From: Pseudomonadota bacterium
GTDB lineage: Bacteria > Pseudomonadota > Alphaproteobacteria > Rhodobacterales > Rhodobacteraceae
NCBI GenBank assembly: GCA_039179785.1
Contig: JBCDEK010000004.1
Coordinates: 8,768-72,767, forward strand
Length of the DNA stretch: 64,000 bases
Reading direction: 5' to 3'
Every line of letters starts with the position of its first letter. The first letter of the stretch is position 1. Below the pieces are notes generated by a model. It had not been told where the DNA came from, searched no databases, and worked only from the letters and a program-made list of their open reading frames with translations. The position numbers were made by a program, and so were the translations under genes. This document shows, one piece after another, positions 37,200 to 46,876 of this stretch.

Positions 37200-38033
37200 A
37201 TGAAACACGTTGATGTCGCCGGTCTCACGATCGGAAATGACCGCCCGCTCACGGTGATCGCAGGCCCCTGCGCGCTGGAAAGCGAACAGCTCGGCCAAGA
37301 GATCGCGGGCCGCATGAAAGACATCTGCGCCGCCGCCGGCGCCCAATACGTCTTCAAGGCCAGCTACGACAAGGCCAACCGCACCTCGCTCTCGGGTGGC
37401 CGCGGCCTGGGCCTCGACGAGGGCCTCAAAGCCCTGCAATCGGTCAAGGACACCGTGGGCGTCCCCGTCCTCACCGATGTCCACACCGAAGGCCAATGCG
37501 CCCCCGTTGCCGAAGTGGCCGACATCCTGCAAATCCCCGCCTTCCTCTGCCGCCAGACCGACATGCTGCTGGCCGCGGGCAACTCAGGCGTCGTCGTGAA
37601 CATCAAAAAGGGCCAGTTCCTCGCCCCCTGGGAAATGCCCAACATCATCACCAAGGTGGAATCCACCGGCAACACCCGCATCCTGCTCACCGAACGCGGC
37701 ACCTCCTTTGGCTACAACACCCTTGTGGCCGACATGCGCTCCCTGCCCCAAATGGCCCAGACCGGCTACCCGGTGGTGATGGACGCCACCCATTCGGTCC
37801 AGCAACCGGGGGGTAAGGGCGGCTCGTCGGGCGGCCAACGCGAATTTGCCCCCGTCATGGCGCGCGCCGCCGTGGCCATCGGCGTGGGTGCCGTCTTCAT
37901 CGAAACCCACCCCGATCCCGACACCGCCCCGTCGGACGGGCCCAACATGATCTACCTCGACCAGATGCCGCAACTGATCGACACGCTCATGCAATTCGAC
38001 GCGCTCGCCAAGGCGCGCCCCATGACCTTCTAG
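37200..38033 (+). CDS. kdsA: KDO 8-phosphate synthase
   Basis: [33 protein letters not shown]. Confidence 0.97.
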   Translation: MKHVDVAGLTIGNDRPLTVIAGPCALESEQLGQEIAGRMKDICAAAGAQYVFKASYDKANRTSLSGGRGLGLDEGLKALQSVKDTVGVPVLTDVHTEGQCAPVAEVADILQIPAFLCRQTDMLLAAGNSGVVVNIKKGQFLAPWEMPNIITKVESTGNTRILLTERGTSFGYNTLVADMRSLPQMAQTGYPVVMDATHSVQQPGGKGGSSGGQREFAPVMARAAVAIGVGAVFIETHPDPDTAPSDGPNMIYLDQMPQLIDTLMQFDALAKARPMTF

Positions 38034-38041
38034 GACCGCAC

Positions 38042-39535
38042 ATGAAACCCCAGCCCACCGTGACCCCCAACACGTGGGGCTTCCTGCGCGACCCCATGAT
38101 TGCCCCCACGGGCTTCCGCGAATACGACGCCCGCTGGCAATACCCCGAAGCCATCAACCTGCCCGGCATCACCGCGCTTGGCCTCGGCCTCGGCACGCAA
38201 ATGCACCGCCGCGGCATCGCGCCCGTCATTGCCGTCGCCAACGACTACCGCGACTACTCCCTGTCGATCAAAAACGCCCTCATCCTCGGGCTCATGCAGG
38301 CAGGCATCCAGGTCAAGGATATCGGCCCCGCCCTCTCGCCCATGGCCTATTTCGCGCAGTTCCACCTCGACGTGCCCGCCGTCGCCATGGTCACGGCCTC
38401 GCACAATCCCAACGGCTGGACCGGCGTGAAAATGGGCTTTGACCGCCCCCTGACCCACGGCCCCGATGACATGGCCGAACTGCGCGATATCGTCCTGAAC
38501 GGCGACGGTGAACCCCGCCCCGGCGGCAGCTACGCCTTCGTCGATGGTGTGCGCGAGGCATACCTTGACGACCTCGCCCGCGACTTCAAAATGACCCGCA
38601 AGCTCAAGGTGGTCTGCGCCACCGGCAACGGCACCGCCGCGGCCTTTGCCCCCGACCTTCTGCGTCGCATCGGGGTCGAGGTTGTCGAAAGCCACACCCA
38701 ACTTGACTACACCTTCCCCAACTACAACCCCAACCCCGAAGCCATGGAAATGCTGCACGACATGGCGGCATCCGTAAAAGCCTCCGGTGCCGATCTCGCG
38801 CTTGGCTTTGACGGCGATGGCGACCGCTGCGGCGTCGTCGATGACGAGGGCGAAGAGATCTTTGCCGACAAGGTCGGCGTCATCATGGCCCGCGACCTGT
38901 CGAAACTGCACCCCAACGCCACCTTCGTGGCGGATGTGAAATCCACCGGCCTCTTCGCCTCCGATCCCGACCTACAAGCCAACGGCGTCACGGCAGACTA
39001 CTGGAAAACCGGTCATTCCCACATGAAACGGCGGGTCAAGGAACTGGGCGCGCTCGCGGGCTTTGAAAAGTCCGGCCACTACTTCCTCGCCGAACCGGTA
39101 GGCCGCGGATACGACTGCGGGATGCGCGTCGCCGTGGAACTGTGCAAGCTGATGGACCGCAACCCCGACATGTCCATGTCTGACCTGCGCCGCGCCCTGC
39201 CCAAGACGTGGTCAACTCCCACCATGTCGCCCTATGCCGCGGACACCGAAAAATACGATATCCTCGCCCGCATCGTGGAAAAGCTGCAGGCGATGAGCGC
39301 AAGCGAAGAGCCCATCGCAGGCCGTAAGATCAAACAGATCGTCACCGTCAACGGTGCCCGCGTGATCCTCGACAACGGCGCGTGGGGCCTTGTCCGCGCC
39401 TCTTCCAACACGCCCAATCTGGTGGTGGTGTGCGAAAGCCCCGAAAGCGAGGCCGAGTTGCGCAACATCTTTGCAGATATCGACGCGGTGATCCGCACGG
39501 AACCCGGCGTCGGAGAGTATGACCAGACGTTCTAG
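38042..39535 (+). CDS. Phosphomannomutase/phosphoglucomutase
   Basis: FREYDAR, TASHNP, FDGDGDR, EKSGH, RASSNTP. Confidence 0.95.
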   Translation: MKPQPTVTPNTWGFLRDPMIAPTGFREYDARWQYPEAINLPGITALGLGLGTQMHRRGIAPVIAVANDYRDYSLSIKNALILGLMQAGIQVKDIGPALSPMAYFAQFHLDVPAVAMVTASHNPNGWTGVKMGFDRPLTHGPDDMAELRDIVLNGDGEPRPGGSYAFVDGVREAYLDDLARDFKMTRKLKVVCATGNGTAAAFAPDLLRRIGVEVVESHTQLDYTFPNYNPNPEAMEMLHDMAASVKASGADLALGFDGDGDRCGVVDDEGEEIFADKVGVIMARDLSKLHPNATFVADVKSTGLFASDPDLQANGVTADYWKTGHSHMKRRVKELGALAGFEKSGHYFLAEPVGRGYDCGMRVAVELCKLMDRNPDMSMSDLRRALPKTWSTPTMSPYAADTEKYDILARIVEKLQAMSASEEPIAGRKIKQIVTVNGARVILDNGAWGLVRASSNTPNLVVVCESPESEAELRNIFADIDAVIRTEPGVGEYDQTF

Positions 39536-39596
39536 GCCCCATCCGCGCCACCCCGCGCGCCGGCGCACGAACGTCCGTTTGGCGCGCCAGACCGAT

Positions 39597-40475
39597 CTAA
39601 AGGCCCTCCTCCCCAAACTCCAACCACGCCCGCTGCCTTACCGTCAAAGCGCGATCCATCATCGCGTCATAGGCCGCCATTTCCGCCGCCGTCAGCGCCC
39701 CCTCCCACTTCCCGCTTGTCCCGCTGTCGAAAAACGCAGCGTCCGACCGCATGAACCCCTTGCCCCCGGCAGGCGCGTAGCGCTCGGCATAGGTCCGCAT
39801 GTGATCAAAGCGCGCCACATCCACCAGCCGCTCCATCCTCTCTGGCGTATGCGTCACATCCAGCAGATCAGCCACCCGCGCAAAAGTCCCCGGCAGATCG
39901 CGCGTCATATCCGCATAGTGAAACAGCGACACGTTGGGCCACCCGGCCAGCGCTGCGGCGGCCTCGTAGTGCCGGATGATATGCGCAAGCGGCATGGCGT
40001 CCCCGTCAAACCCTTCCGCCCCACCGTCCAGAAAACAGCGAAAGGTGACACCTTCGCTGTCATCCTCGGGATACCAGTGATCGAACCAGCTGATCGGAAG
40101 GTTGGCCAGATGCTTGCGATAGGAAAAATGCGCATCCAGGGGGTGCCGAAACACGCACAGATATTGCACCTGATCGTCCAACGGCAGCCCGTCCATCGGC
40201 GTGTGGCTTTTCATGGACCGCCGGTGCGTCATCGCCTCCAGCCGCTCGGCCACCTCGTCCATCTCGCGCAGGCGGATGTCGACCCAGGGCATTTTGACCG
40301 ACAGGTCCGTCTCCACATCGGGATCGCCCGACAGCAGCAGGGCCACAATCGTTTGCATCCACGTGGTGCCGCATTTCGGTGGGGTGACGACAATCACATC
40401 ATCGGGCCGCAAAGCGACCCGGTCCCAACGCCGGTTGTCGGTGAGCGGCCCCAGGTACAGCCTACGATCTGTCAT
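39597..40475 (-). CDS. Sulfotransferase domain protein
   Basis: TPPKCGTTW 5'-PSB motif, KSHTP, RHPLDAHFS, G..GKW. Confidence 0.9.
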   Translation of the reverse strand: MTDRRLYLGPLTDNRRWDRVALRPDDVIVVTPPKCGTTWMQTIVALLLSGDPDVETDLSVKMPWVDIRLREMDEVAERLEAMTHRRSMKSHTPMDGLPLDDQVQYLCVFRHPLDAHFSYRKHLANLPISWFDHWYPEDDSEGVTFRCFLDGGAEGFDGDAMPLAHIIRHYEAAAALAGWPNVSLFHYADMTRDLPGTFARVADLLDVTHTPERMERLVDVARFDHMRTYAERYAPAGGKGFMRSDAAFFDSGTSGKWEGALTAAEMAAYDAMMDRALTVRQRAWLEFGEEGL

Positions 40476-40735
40476 GTGCGTCACCCCGTTTGTCTGTGGT
40501 GTTCACAGCAAAGGCGGAACCACGGCGCAAGGCAACGCCAAAGCACGGTGGGCAGCACCTCAACGCCAGCGGAACCGAGGGATCAGACCGGGCCTTTCAA
40601 CCGCCGCCCGCCGTCGCGCCCAGCCTGCCAGCCCACTGGTTAAGATTTCCCTACCCCACCGGTCGCAGGTCTTAAGCCCCTGCGTATGCAGCAAATTTCT
40701 CTATTTTGACGTTGTCTGACCGCGTATCTCAAAAC

Positions 40736-40753
40736 CTGTCCCCGCGGGGACAG
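40736..40753. repeat. Perfect palindrome CTGTCCCCGCGGGGACAG, copy 1
   Basis: Directly after the asmA stop; identical to 41642-41659. Confidence 0.85.
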
Positions 40754-40754
40754 A

Positions 40755-42716
40755 TCAGTCAAACAGGCTCCGCAAGCTCTTTTTGACCTCGTCTTCAAGC
40801 TTCTCCTTGGCCGCATCCCCCAGGCTTTGCCCTTCATCCGCAACGCCCAATTCTTCGGCCACTTTCTCCCGCGCTTTGGCCTTCAACGCCTCTTTCTCCG
40901 CCTCCAGCTTTTCGTCCAGCCTCAGATCAATCGCCGCGTCCAGATCAGGCAGGATACTCGGGTTCGCCCAGGGCCCCCGGATGCGCACAGGAATGGCCAG
41001 ATCAGGCCCGTCCTCGTCCTTCAGCGCAACCGGCGTGAACAGATAATCGATGTCCTGCGACCCCAACCCGATCCGCCCGTTGCCCCGCGCCTCGAAGCTG
41101 CGCAGGATCACCAGAAGATCGTCGTTAAAGAGGTTCCCGCCCTCCATCCGGTAGCGCGCGCTCATGCGGTCGAATACCGTCGTGCGCCCGTTCCCGCGCC
41201 CGAATTTCAGCAGGCCATCCAGGTCGATCCCCTCAATCGTGCCGTCATTCACATTAAGCGCCCCAGTGCCCGACAGCGACCGCATGATCGCATCCACACT
41301 CCCGCCCACGCCGAGGAATTTCAGGTCCAGATTTGCGCGCCCGGTCAGCATCTCAAGATCGGCGGCGTCCTTCAGGAACGGCTGCATGGACAACCCGCGC
41401 ATCGACATGTCTCCGCCGACGCTTAAGCCCGAGCGGTTGTTGACCACGAACTCGCCCACCAGCGTCCCGCCATAGGCCGCGACCTCGCGCAGCTCGAACA
41501 CCATGCGGCTGCGGTCGTTGCCCAAGAGCGTGCGGGTCTGACCCAGCTGGAATTGGCCAAGATCGATGGAGGAGGCGGTGAGCGCGATCTCTCCGTTGAA
41601 CGCCGCAAGCCCGCTCGCGTCGATGGGGTCCTTGGGCCAACCTGTCCCCGCGGGGACAGCGCCGCCACCGCCTCCACCACCGCCACTACTGGTCTCGCCA
41701 CCCGTTGCGCTGCGCAGGTCGAGGGCGCCTGCGTTCAGTTGGGCGTTGATGGTCGGAGTGCCGTTCAGGTTGATGTCGGCGGCCCCGTTGAGCATGTTGC
41801 CGCCAAGGTCCGCGCGCAGGTCACGGAGGGACAGGCGGCGGTCTGATGTGAGCGTTATTTCTGATGATATACCAATAGTTTGACCAAGTTTCGGCGGTAA
41901 GCCGGGGGCGGGCAGACCGAGGGCAGACATGAATGTGTCGGTGCTGGCAAGGTCCAGCCCAAGCACGCCGGCCACATCGCCTGCGGTGCTGGCGCGCCCG
42001 TCGAGCGTGACGCTGCCGCCCTCTGTCTGAACGGTCGCCTGAACCGGTTGCACTTGCCCGGCGATAAAGCCCGCGAAGCCGCCGATTGTGGCATCCACCT
42101 GCACGTCGGTTCCACGGGGGCGCAGGGTGGCGGCGAGGGTCGCGGGGCCAAGGCGCTCGGGCCAGTCGAGGGTCAGGTCCACGCCGGAATAGGACAGGGT
42201 ATCTGACCCTTCTGCGGCGTAGATCAGGGTGGCGTCTGTCACCTGCAGCTTCTGGATCGACAGCGCTTGGGGCGGGCTGCCCGCAGTGCCGGGTGCGGGG
42301 GTTTCCGTTTCGATCTGGGCGTCGCCGCTTGCGTCGGTGAAGACCCAGCTGGCCCGTCCATCCGCGCGACTTTCCAAACGAATGGTGGGGCGCGTCGCCT
42401 CGACATGGGTGATGCGGATTTCGCGGTCGCGGATGTAGGCCATCAGGTCGACACCGATGGCGACATTCTCGGCTGTGAGCATCGGCCCTTGTTCGGACCA
42501 GTCGGCGTTGCCGACCTCAAGCCCGTCGGCGCGCACACCCAGCACCGGCCAGAGGGTCATGGAAACACCTGTGACGGTCACATCGCGGCCTGTGGCCTTG
42601 CGGATTTGGTCAGCGGCGATGGCCCCGATGCGATCTGCCGGGAGGAAAAACAAGGAAACCCCGGCCACCAGCACAAGGACCACACCAAAGCCGATAAGGC
42701 GTAAAATCCATTTCAT
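40755..42716 (-). CDS. AsmA family protein
   Basis: N-terminal anchor, ATGRDV, NADWS, C-terminal IPVRIRGPWANP. Confidence 0.88.
   Translation of the reverse strand: MKWILRLIGFGVVLVLVAGVSLFFLPADRIGAIAADQIRKATGRDVTVTGVSMTLWPVLGVRADGLEVGNADWSEQGPMLTAENVAIGVDLMAYIRDREIRITHVEATRPTIRLESRADGRASWVFTDASGDAQIETETPAPGTAGSPPQALSIQKLQVTDATLIYAAEGSDTLSYSGVDLTLDWPERLGPATLAATLRPRGTDVQVDATIGGFAGFIAGQVQPVQATVQTEGGSVTLDGRASTAGDVAGVLGLDLASTDTFMSALGLPAPGLPPKLGQTIGISSEITLTSDRRLSLRDLRADLGGNMLNGAADINLNGTPTINAQLNAGALDLRSATGGETSSGGGGGGGGAVPAGTGWPKDPIDASGLAAFNGEIALTASSIDLGQFQLGQTRTLLGNDRSRMVFELREVAAYGGTLVGEFVVNNRSGLSVGGDMSMRGLSMQPFLKDAADLEMLTGRANLDLKFLGVGGSVDAIMRSLSGTGALNVNDGTIEGIDLDGLLKFGRGNGRTTVFDRMSARYRMEGGNLFNDDLLVILRSFEARGNGRIGLGSQDIDYLFTPVALKDEDGPDLAIPVRIRGPWANPSILPDLDAAIDLRLDEKLEAEKEALKAKAREKVAEELGVADEGQSLGDAAKEKLEDEVKKSLRSLFD
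41642..41659. repeat. Perfect palindrome CTGTCCCCGCGGGGACAG, copy 2 (inside the asmA linker)
   Basis: Encodes VPAGT following a poly-Gly linker. Confidence 0.85.
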
Positions 42717-42820
42717 GGCAACTGCTCCCGTTCTGATGACGTGTTGGTGTCAGCCTAACGCAGCGTGCCACTGCACCCCAACCCTTTTCCATGGGGCAGA
42801 GTTCACATATGAGGCAAGGC

Positions 42821-44191
42821 ATGAGCCAGAACCCACCTGACCTTCGCCCCGACCTTGCCCCTGCGGCAAAACTTGACAGCACCCGCCGCCCCGGTCAGCC
42901 GACCATTGGCATGGTCAGCCTTGGCTGCCCCAAGGCGCTGGTGGACAGTGAGCGGATTTTGACCCGGCTGCGGGCCGAGGGATATGGGATTTCACCCGAC
43001 TATAGCGGTGCTGACGCCGTGATCGTGAACACATGCGGGTTTCTGGACAGTGCCAAGGCCGAAAGCCTTGAGGCCATTGGCGAGGCGCTGGATGAAAACG
43101 GGCGCGTGATTGTGACGGGCTGTCTGGGGGCGGAGCCGGAGTATATCACCGGGGCGCACCCCAAGGTTCTGGCGGTGACCGGCCCGCATCAATACGAGCA
43201 GGTGCTGGACGCGGTGCACGCCGCGGTGCCGCCTGACCCCGACCCGTTTGTGGATTTGCTGCCTGCGCGCAGTGTCAGCCTGACGCCCCGGCATTTCAGT
43301 TACCTCAAGATTTCAGAGGGCTGTAACCACAAGTGCAAGTTCTGCATCATCCCCGACATGCGCGGGCGGTTGCAATCACGTCCGGCTTTTGCGGTGGTGC
43401 GTGAGGCGGAAAAACTGGTCGAGGCCGGGGTCAAGGAACTGCTGGTGATTTCGCAGGACACATCGGCCTATGGCGTGGATATCAAACACGCCGAAGACCG
43501 TGGGCATCGGGCGCATGTCACCGATTTGGCGCGCGATCTGGGATCTTTGGGCGCTTGGACAAGGCTGCACTATGTCTATCCTTATCCACATGTGCGCGAG
43601 CTTATTCCGTTGATGGCGGAGGGATTGGTCTTGCCTTATCTGGACATTCCTTTCCAACATGCCCACACCGACACGTTGCGCCGCATGGCGCGGCCTGCGG
43701 CGGCTGAGCGAACGCTGGACCGGATTGCGGAGTGGCGCGACATCTGCCCGGAGATCACGCTGCGATCCACTTTTATCGTCGGATATCCCGGTGAAACGGA
43801 GGCCGAATTTCAGACCCTGCTGGACTGGATGGACGAGGCGCAGCTGGATCGGGTCGGGTGCTTTCAGTACGAGAATGTGGATGGGGCGCGGTCGAACGCG
43901 TTGCCGGATCATTTGCCTGAGGAGGTCAAGCAGGAGCGCTGGGACCGGTTCATGGAAAAGGCGCAGGCCATTTCCGAGGCCAAGCTGGCCGCAAAGGTGG
44001 GCCAACGCATGGACGTGATTGTGGACGAGGTCGACGCAGAAGCCGCGACCTGCCGGACGAAGGCGGATGCGCCCGAGATTGACGGCAACCTGTTCATTGA
44101 CGAAGGGTTCGAAGGGCTGAACCCGGGCGATATCGTCACCGTCGAGGTGGACGAGGCGGGCGAATACGACCTGTGGGGCAAGCTGATCTGA
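42821..44191 (+). CDS. rimO: Ribosomal protein S12 methylthiotransferase
   Basis: [25 protein letters not shown] radical SAM motif, DAPEIDG TRAM domain. Confidence 0.97.
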   Translation: MSQNPPDLRPDLAPAAKLDSTRRPGQPTIGMVSLGCPKALVDSERILTRLRAEGYGISPDYSGADAVIVNTCGFLDSAKAESLEAIGEALDENGRVIVTGCLGAEPEYITGAHPKVLAVTGPHQYEQVLDAVHAAVPPDPDPFVDLLPARSVSLTPRHFSYLKISEGCNHKCKFCIIPDMRGRLQSRPAFAVVREAEKLVEAGVKELLVISQDTSAYGVDIKHAEDRGHRAHVTDLARDLGSLGAWTRLHYVYPYPHVRELIPLMAEGLVLPYLDIPFQHAHTDTLRRMARPAAAERTLDRIAEWRDICPEITLRSTFIVGYPGETEAEFQTLLDWMDEAQLDRVGCFQYENVDGARSNALPDHLPEEVKQERWDRFMEKAQAISEAKLAAKVGQRMDVIVDEVDAEAATCRTKADAPEIDGNLFIDEGFEGLNPGDIVTVEVDEAGEYDLWGKLI

Positions 44192-44251
44192 AGCTGTTCA
44201 GGACTGAGATATCCTGCGCGCGCTGCGTGATCCTTGCAATTTGAGATTAAT

Positions 44252-44266
44252 GTTCTATATTTGTTC
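44252..44266 (+). promoter_or_regulatory. Alphaproteobacterial LexA (SOS) box
   Basis: GTTC-TATATTT-GTTC (GTTC-N7-GTTC) overlapping TTGCAA-N16-TATATT. Confidence 0.85.
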
Positions 44267-44296
44267 TCCACCCAAGCGCACGCGAGGAGAACGCCC

Positions 44297-44638
44297 ATGT
44301 CGATCCACCCTACCCTTCCCGGTCTGTTCGAACCGGTACAGGCGGCGTTGCCGTTGGATGCTGTGCCTGCAACCGAGAAGCAGATTGCCTATGCCCGCAG
44401 TCTGGCGGCGCGGACGGGGCGCGCGGTGCCGACGGCCCTTTTTGGCGACAAGGCGGGGTTGTCGGCGTGGATTGATCAGGCCAAGGCGTCCGCGGGCCGG
44501 TTTTCCGCCTATCCCAGTGCGAAACAGGTGCAGTTTGCCGAACGGATTGCGCGGTTGAAGCGGCGCGAGATTCCGGCGGAGTGTTTCAAGGACAAGGTGA
44601 TGATGTCGCGCTGGATCGACGGGAACAAACCGCGCTAA
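44297..44638 (+). CDS. Hypothetical protein (113 aa) with two internal KQ...WID repeats
   Basis: AGGAGA SD; PATEKQIAYA...LSAWID and PSAKQVQFA...MSRWID. Confidence 0.85.
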   Translation: MSIHPTLPGLFEPVQAALPLDAVPATEKQIAYARSLAARTGRAVPTALFGDKAGLSAWIDQAKASAGRFSAYPSAKQVQFAERIARLKRREIPAECFKDKVMMSRWIDGNKPR

Positions 44639-44698
44639 GCCGTCACACTGCGGCGCTTTGTCTGTGGGCGCGTGCGTTTGCGCGCATATGTTCTGGGC

Positions 44699-45082
44699 AT
44701 GAGTGATGACACCCGCGTTCTGTACAATGCCGACTGCCCGGTTTGCAGTTTCGAGATCAACCACTATGCGAAGTATAGCGGCGATCGGGCCCTGCCCATT
44801 CGGTTTGAGGACCTGAACCGGGCCGAGATGGCGGACTGGGGGATGGAGCGCGATGCAGCCGCCCGGCGGCTATATGTGCTGAAAGACGGGCAGATGTATT
44901 CGGGCATTCCGGCGTTCATTGTGTTGTGGCAGGATATGCCGCGCTATCGCTGGCTGGCGCGTTTTGTGTCTTTGCCCGGCGTGCATTGGGTGGCGTGCAA
45001 GGTCTATGACCACGTGCTGGCGCCGCTGATCTATCGCTGGCACCTGCGGCGGCAAAGGGCAGCGACGTCAACCCTTTCGTGA
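44699..45082 (+). CDS. DUF393/DCC family thiol-disulfide oxidoreductase-like protein
   Basis: VLYNADCPVC motif. Confidence 0.85.
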   Translation: MSDDTRVLYNADCPVCSFEINHYAKYSGDRALPIRFEDLNRAEMADWGMERDAAARRLYVLKDGQMYSGIPAFIVLWQDMPRYRWLARFVSLPGVHWVACKVYDHVLAPLIYRWHLRRQRAATSTLS

Positions 45083-45128
45083 GGATTTGTGCGTAGACTG
45101 GGCGCGTTTTGGCGGTCAGGCTGGTGCT

Positions 45129-45761
45129 ATGCCGTATCCATATTCAATTCGTGAAACCTTGGCCGATGCGTCGGTGCATATGCTTGGCCTTGGGGCCGGG
45201 GTCACCGCTGCGGCGATGCTGATCGTGCATGTGGTGCAGACGCAGGGGGCCGCGCAGATTGCGGCGACGAGTGTCTATGCAGGGTTGGCGGTGTTCGCGC
45301 TGTTGGCGTCGGCGCTCTATCACCTGCTGCCGTGGGAGGCGTCGCGCCCGGTGTTTCACCGGATCGACCACGCGGCGATTTACCTCAAGATTGCGGGGAC
45401 GTACACGCCGCTGGTGGTGCTGATCGGGTCGGGTTTTGCCTATGTGGTGCTGGCGGCGGTGTGGATCGTGGCGCTGGTGGGGGCTGTGGCAAAGCTGAGC
45501 TTTTGGGCGACGGATGCGCGGGGGTCGCTGGCGCTGTATCTGGCGATGGGCTGGGCGAGCGTGCTGCTGGTCTGGCCGATGTGGCAGACGTTGCCGGGGG
45601 TGTCGACGGCGCTGATCGTGGTGGGCGGGGGCCTGTATTCGGTGGGCACGATTTTTTACGCTGCCAAGGCGCTGCGGTTCCAGAATGCGATCTGGCATGT
45701 GTTTGTTTTGGCCGCATCCGCGTGCTTTTTCGGCGCAGTGGCAGTGGGTGTGTCAGCCTGA
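45129..45761 (+). CDS. Hemolysin III/PAQR family membrane protein
   Basis: SALYH, DHAAIYLKIAGTYTP, YLAMGW, AIWHVFVL. Confidence 0.92.
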   Translation: MPYPYSIRETLADASVHMLGLGAGVTAAAMLIVHVVQTQGAAQIAATSVYAGLAVFALLASALYHLLPWEASRPVFHRIDHAAIYLKIAGTYTPLVVLIGSGFAYVVLAAVWIVALVGAVAKLSFWATDARGSLALYLAMGWASVLLVWPMWQTLPGVSTALIVVGGGLYSVGTIFYAAKALRFQNAIWHVFVLAASACFFGAVAVGVSA

Positions 45762-46013
45762 GCGGCGTGCCAGTGCTGCAAACTGTTCGGCGTTGCGGCA
45801 GAAGGACGGGGTTTCGGACACGGCGCCCTTTTGCGCAGAGAGCCAGGCGGCACAGGTGTCGGGTTTGGTGCAGCCGACGCAGCGCAGGACAAGGTCCGAG
45901 ATATCATCGGGGGTCAGGTCGCCGCGCAAGGCGGCCTCTTGCAAATCGACGCCGCGGGCTGCGGCCATGCGATCGATCAGGTTGGCGTGGGTCTTGAGGC
46001 GGCCATCGGACAT
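45753..46013 (-). CDS. Small 4-Cys protein (DUF6455-like)
   Basis: RMAAARGVDL, RCVGC...C..WL...PSFCRN. Confidence 0.8.
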   Translation of the reverse strand: MSDGRLKTHANLIDRMAAARGVDLQEAALRGDLTPDDISDLVLRCVGCTKPDTCAAWLSAQKGAVSETPSFCRNAEQFAALARRSG

Positions 46014-46074
46014 GTCTGTCCCCTTTGCATCAGGAAAGATACCCGTACTGTGAAGCGACGCCCGACACGCCACA

Positions 46075-46088
46075 TTGACCTATGTCAA
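46075..46088. promoter_or_regulatory. FNR/FnrL-type box
   Basis: TTGAC-CTAT-GTCAA perfect dyad about 60 bp upstream of the 4-Cys gene. Confidence 0.75.
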
Positions 46089-46435
46089 CGCTGGTCGAGA
46101 TAGGCGCGCACGCAGGTCTGGACGTGGCGAAAGCGGTCGCCGCCCAGATGTTTGCCGCCGTACCAGCGGGTGACGATGACCAGATGATCGGTCAGGCCCT
46201 CGCGCTCAAGCATGCGCAGGATGACCATGCCCGCCCCTGCTTCGCCATCGTCGCCCTTGATCGCGCCACCAGCGCGCAGCACCGCGCCCCAGGTGTTGTG
46301 CGTCGCCTTGGCATAGGCGCGGTCGCGTTTCAGCAGCTTCAGGGTCGCGTCGATATCGGCGCGCGACGCCACCGCACAACCCGACACCGCGTATTTTGAG
46401 CCGCGGTCGGTGAGGATGTGGCCCAGTTGTTTCAA
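46085..46435 (-). CDS. YigZ/IMPACT family protein (short form)
   Basis: DRGSKY, ATHN, DDGEAGAG, VTRWYGGKHLG. Confidence 0.88.
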   Translation of the reverse strand: MKQLGHILTDRGSKYAVSGCAVASRADIDATLKLLKRDRAYAKATHNTWGAVLRAGGAIKGDDGEAGAGMVILRMLEREGLTDHLVIVTRWYGGKHLGGDRFRHVQTCVRAYLDQR

Positions 46436-46531
46436 GGTCGGGTTTCCCGGACCCGACAGCGGCGTAGGGCCGTGTTATCCCCACAGCATTGAATAACGTA
46501 TTTCTTTTTCTTGACTGCCGGGGGCTGTCCC

Positions 46532-46813
46532 ATGACGTATTCTCTGATCGAGACGATGCACATTTACGAGCTTGTCGGTATCCTTGGCTTTGCCCTTTAT
46601 GTGATGAATTACGGGCTGCTGACCACCCGCTGCCTGAGCGGGGATTGCCTGACCTATTTTACCATCAACCTGGTGGCGGCCAGTTGTGTGCTTTTGGGAT
46701 TGATGACCAGCTTCAACCTGGCCTCGGCGCTGATCCAGATCTTTTGGGTGGCCATGTCCATCGTCGGGATCGTGATCCGGCTGCGCCGGCGCCGCTATCG
46801 CACCCTTGTCTGA
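46532..46813 (+). CDS. Small membrane protein (CBU_0592-like)
   Basis: Three TM segments; FNLASALIQIFW. Confidence 0.75.
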   Translation: MTYSLIETMHIYELVGILGFALYVMNYGLLTTRCLSGDCLTYFTINLVAASCVLLGLMTSFNLASALIQIFWVAMSIVGIVIRLRRRRYRTLV

Positions 46814-46876
46814 ACCGCGCGGGCGGCACCCGAAGGGCCGCAGGTCAAACGCGCGTCTGCCCGGCGACCGGCCCGT

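Noticed and set aside
43582-43590. Perfect DnaA box TTATCCACA
   Set aside because: Single copy inside rimO coding sequence (YPYPH); no cluster
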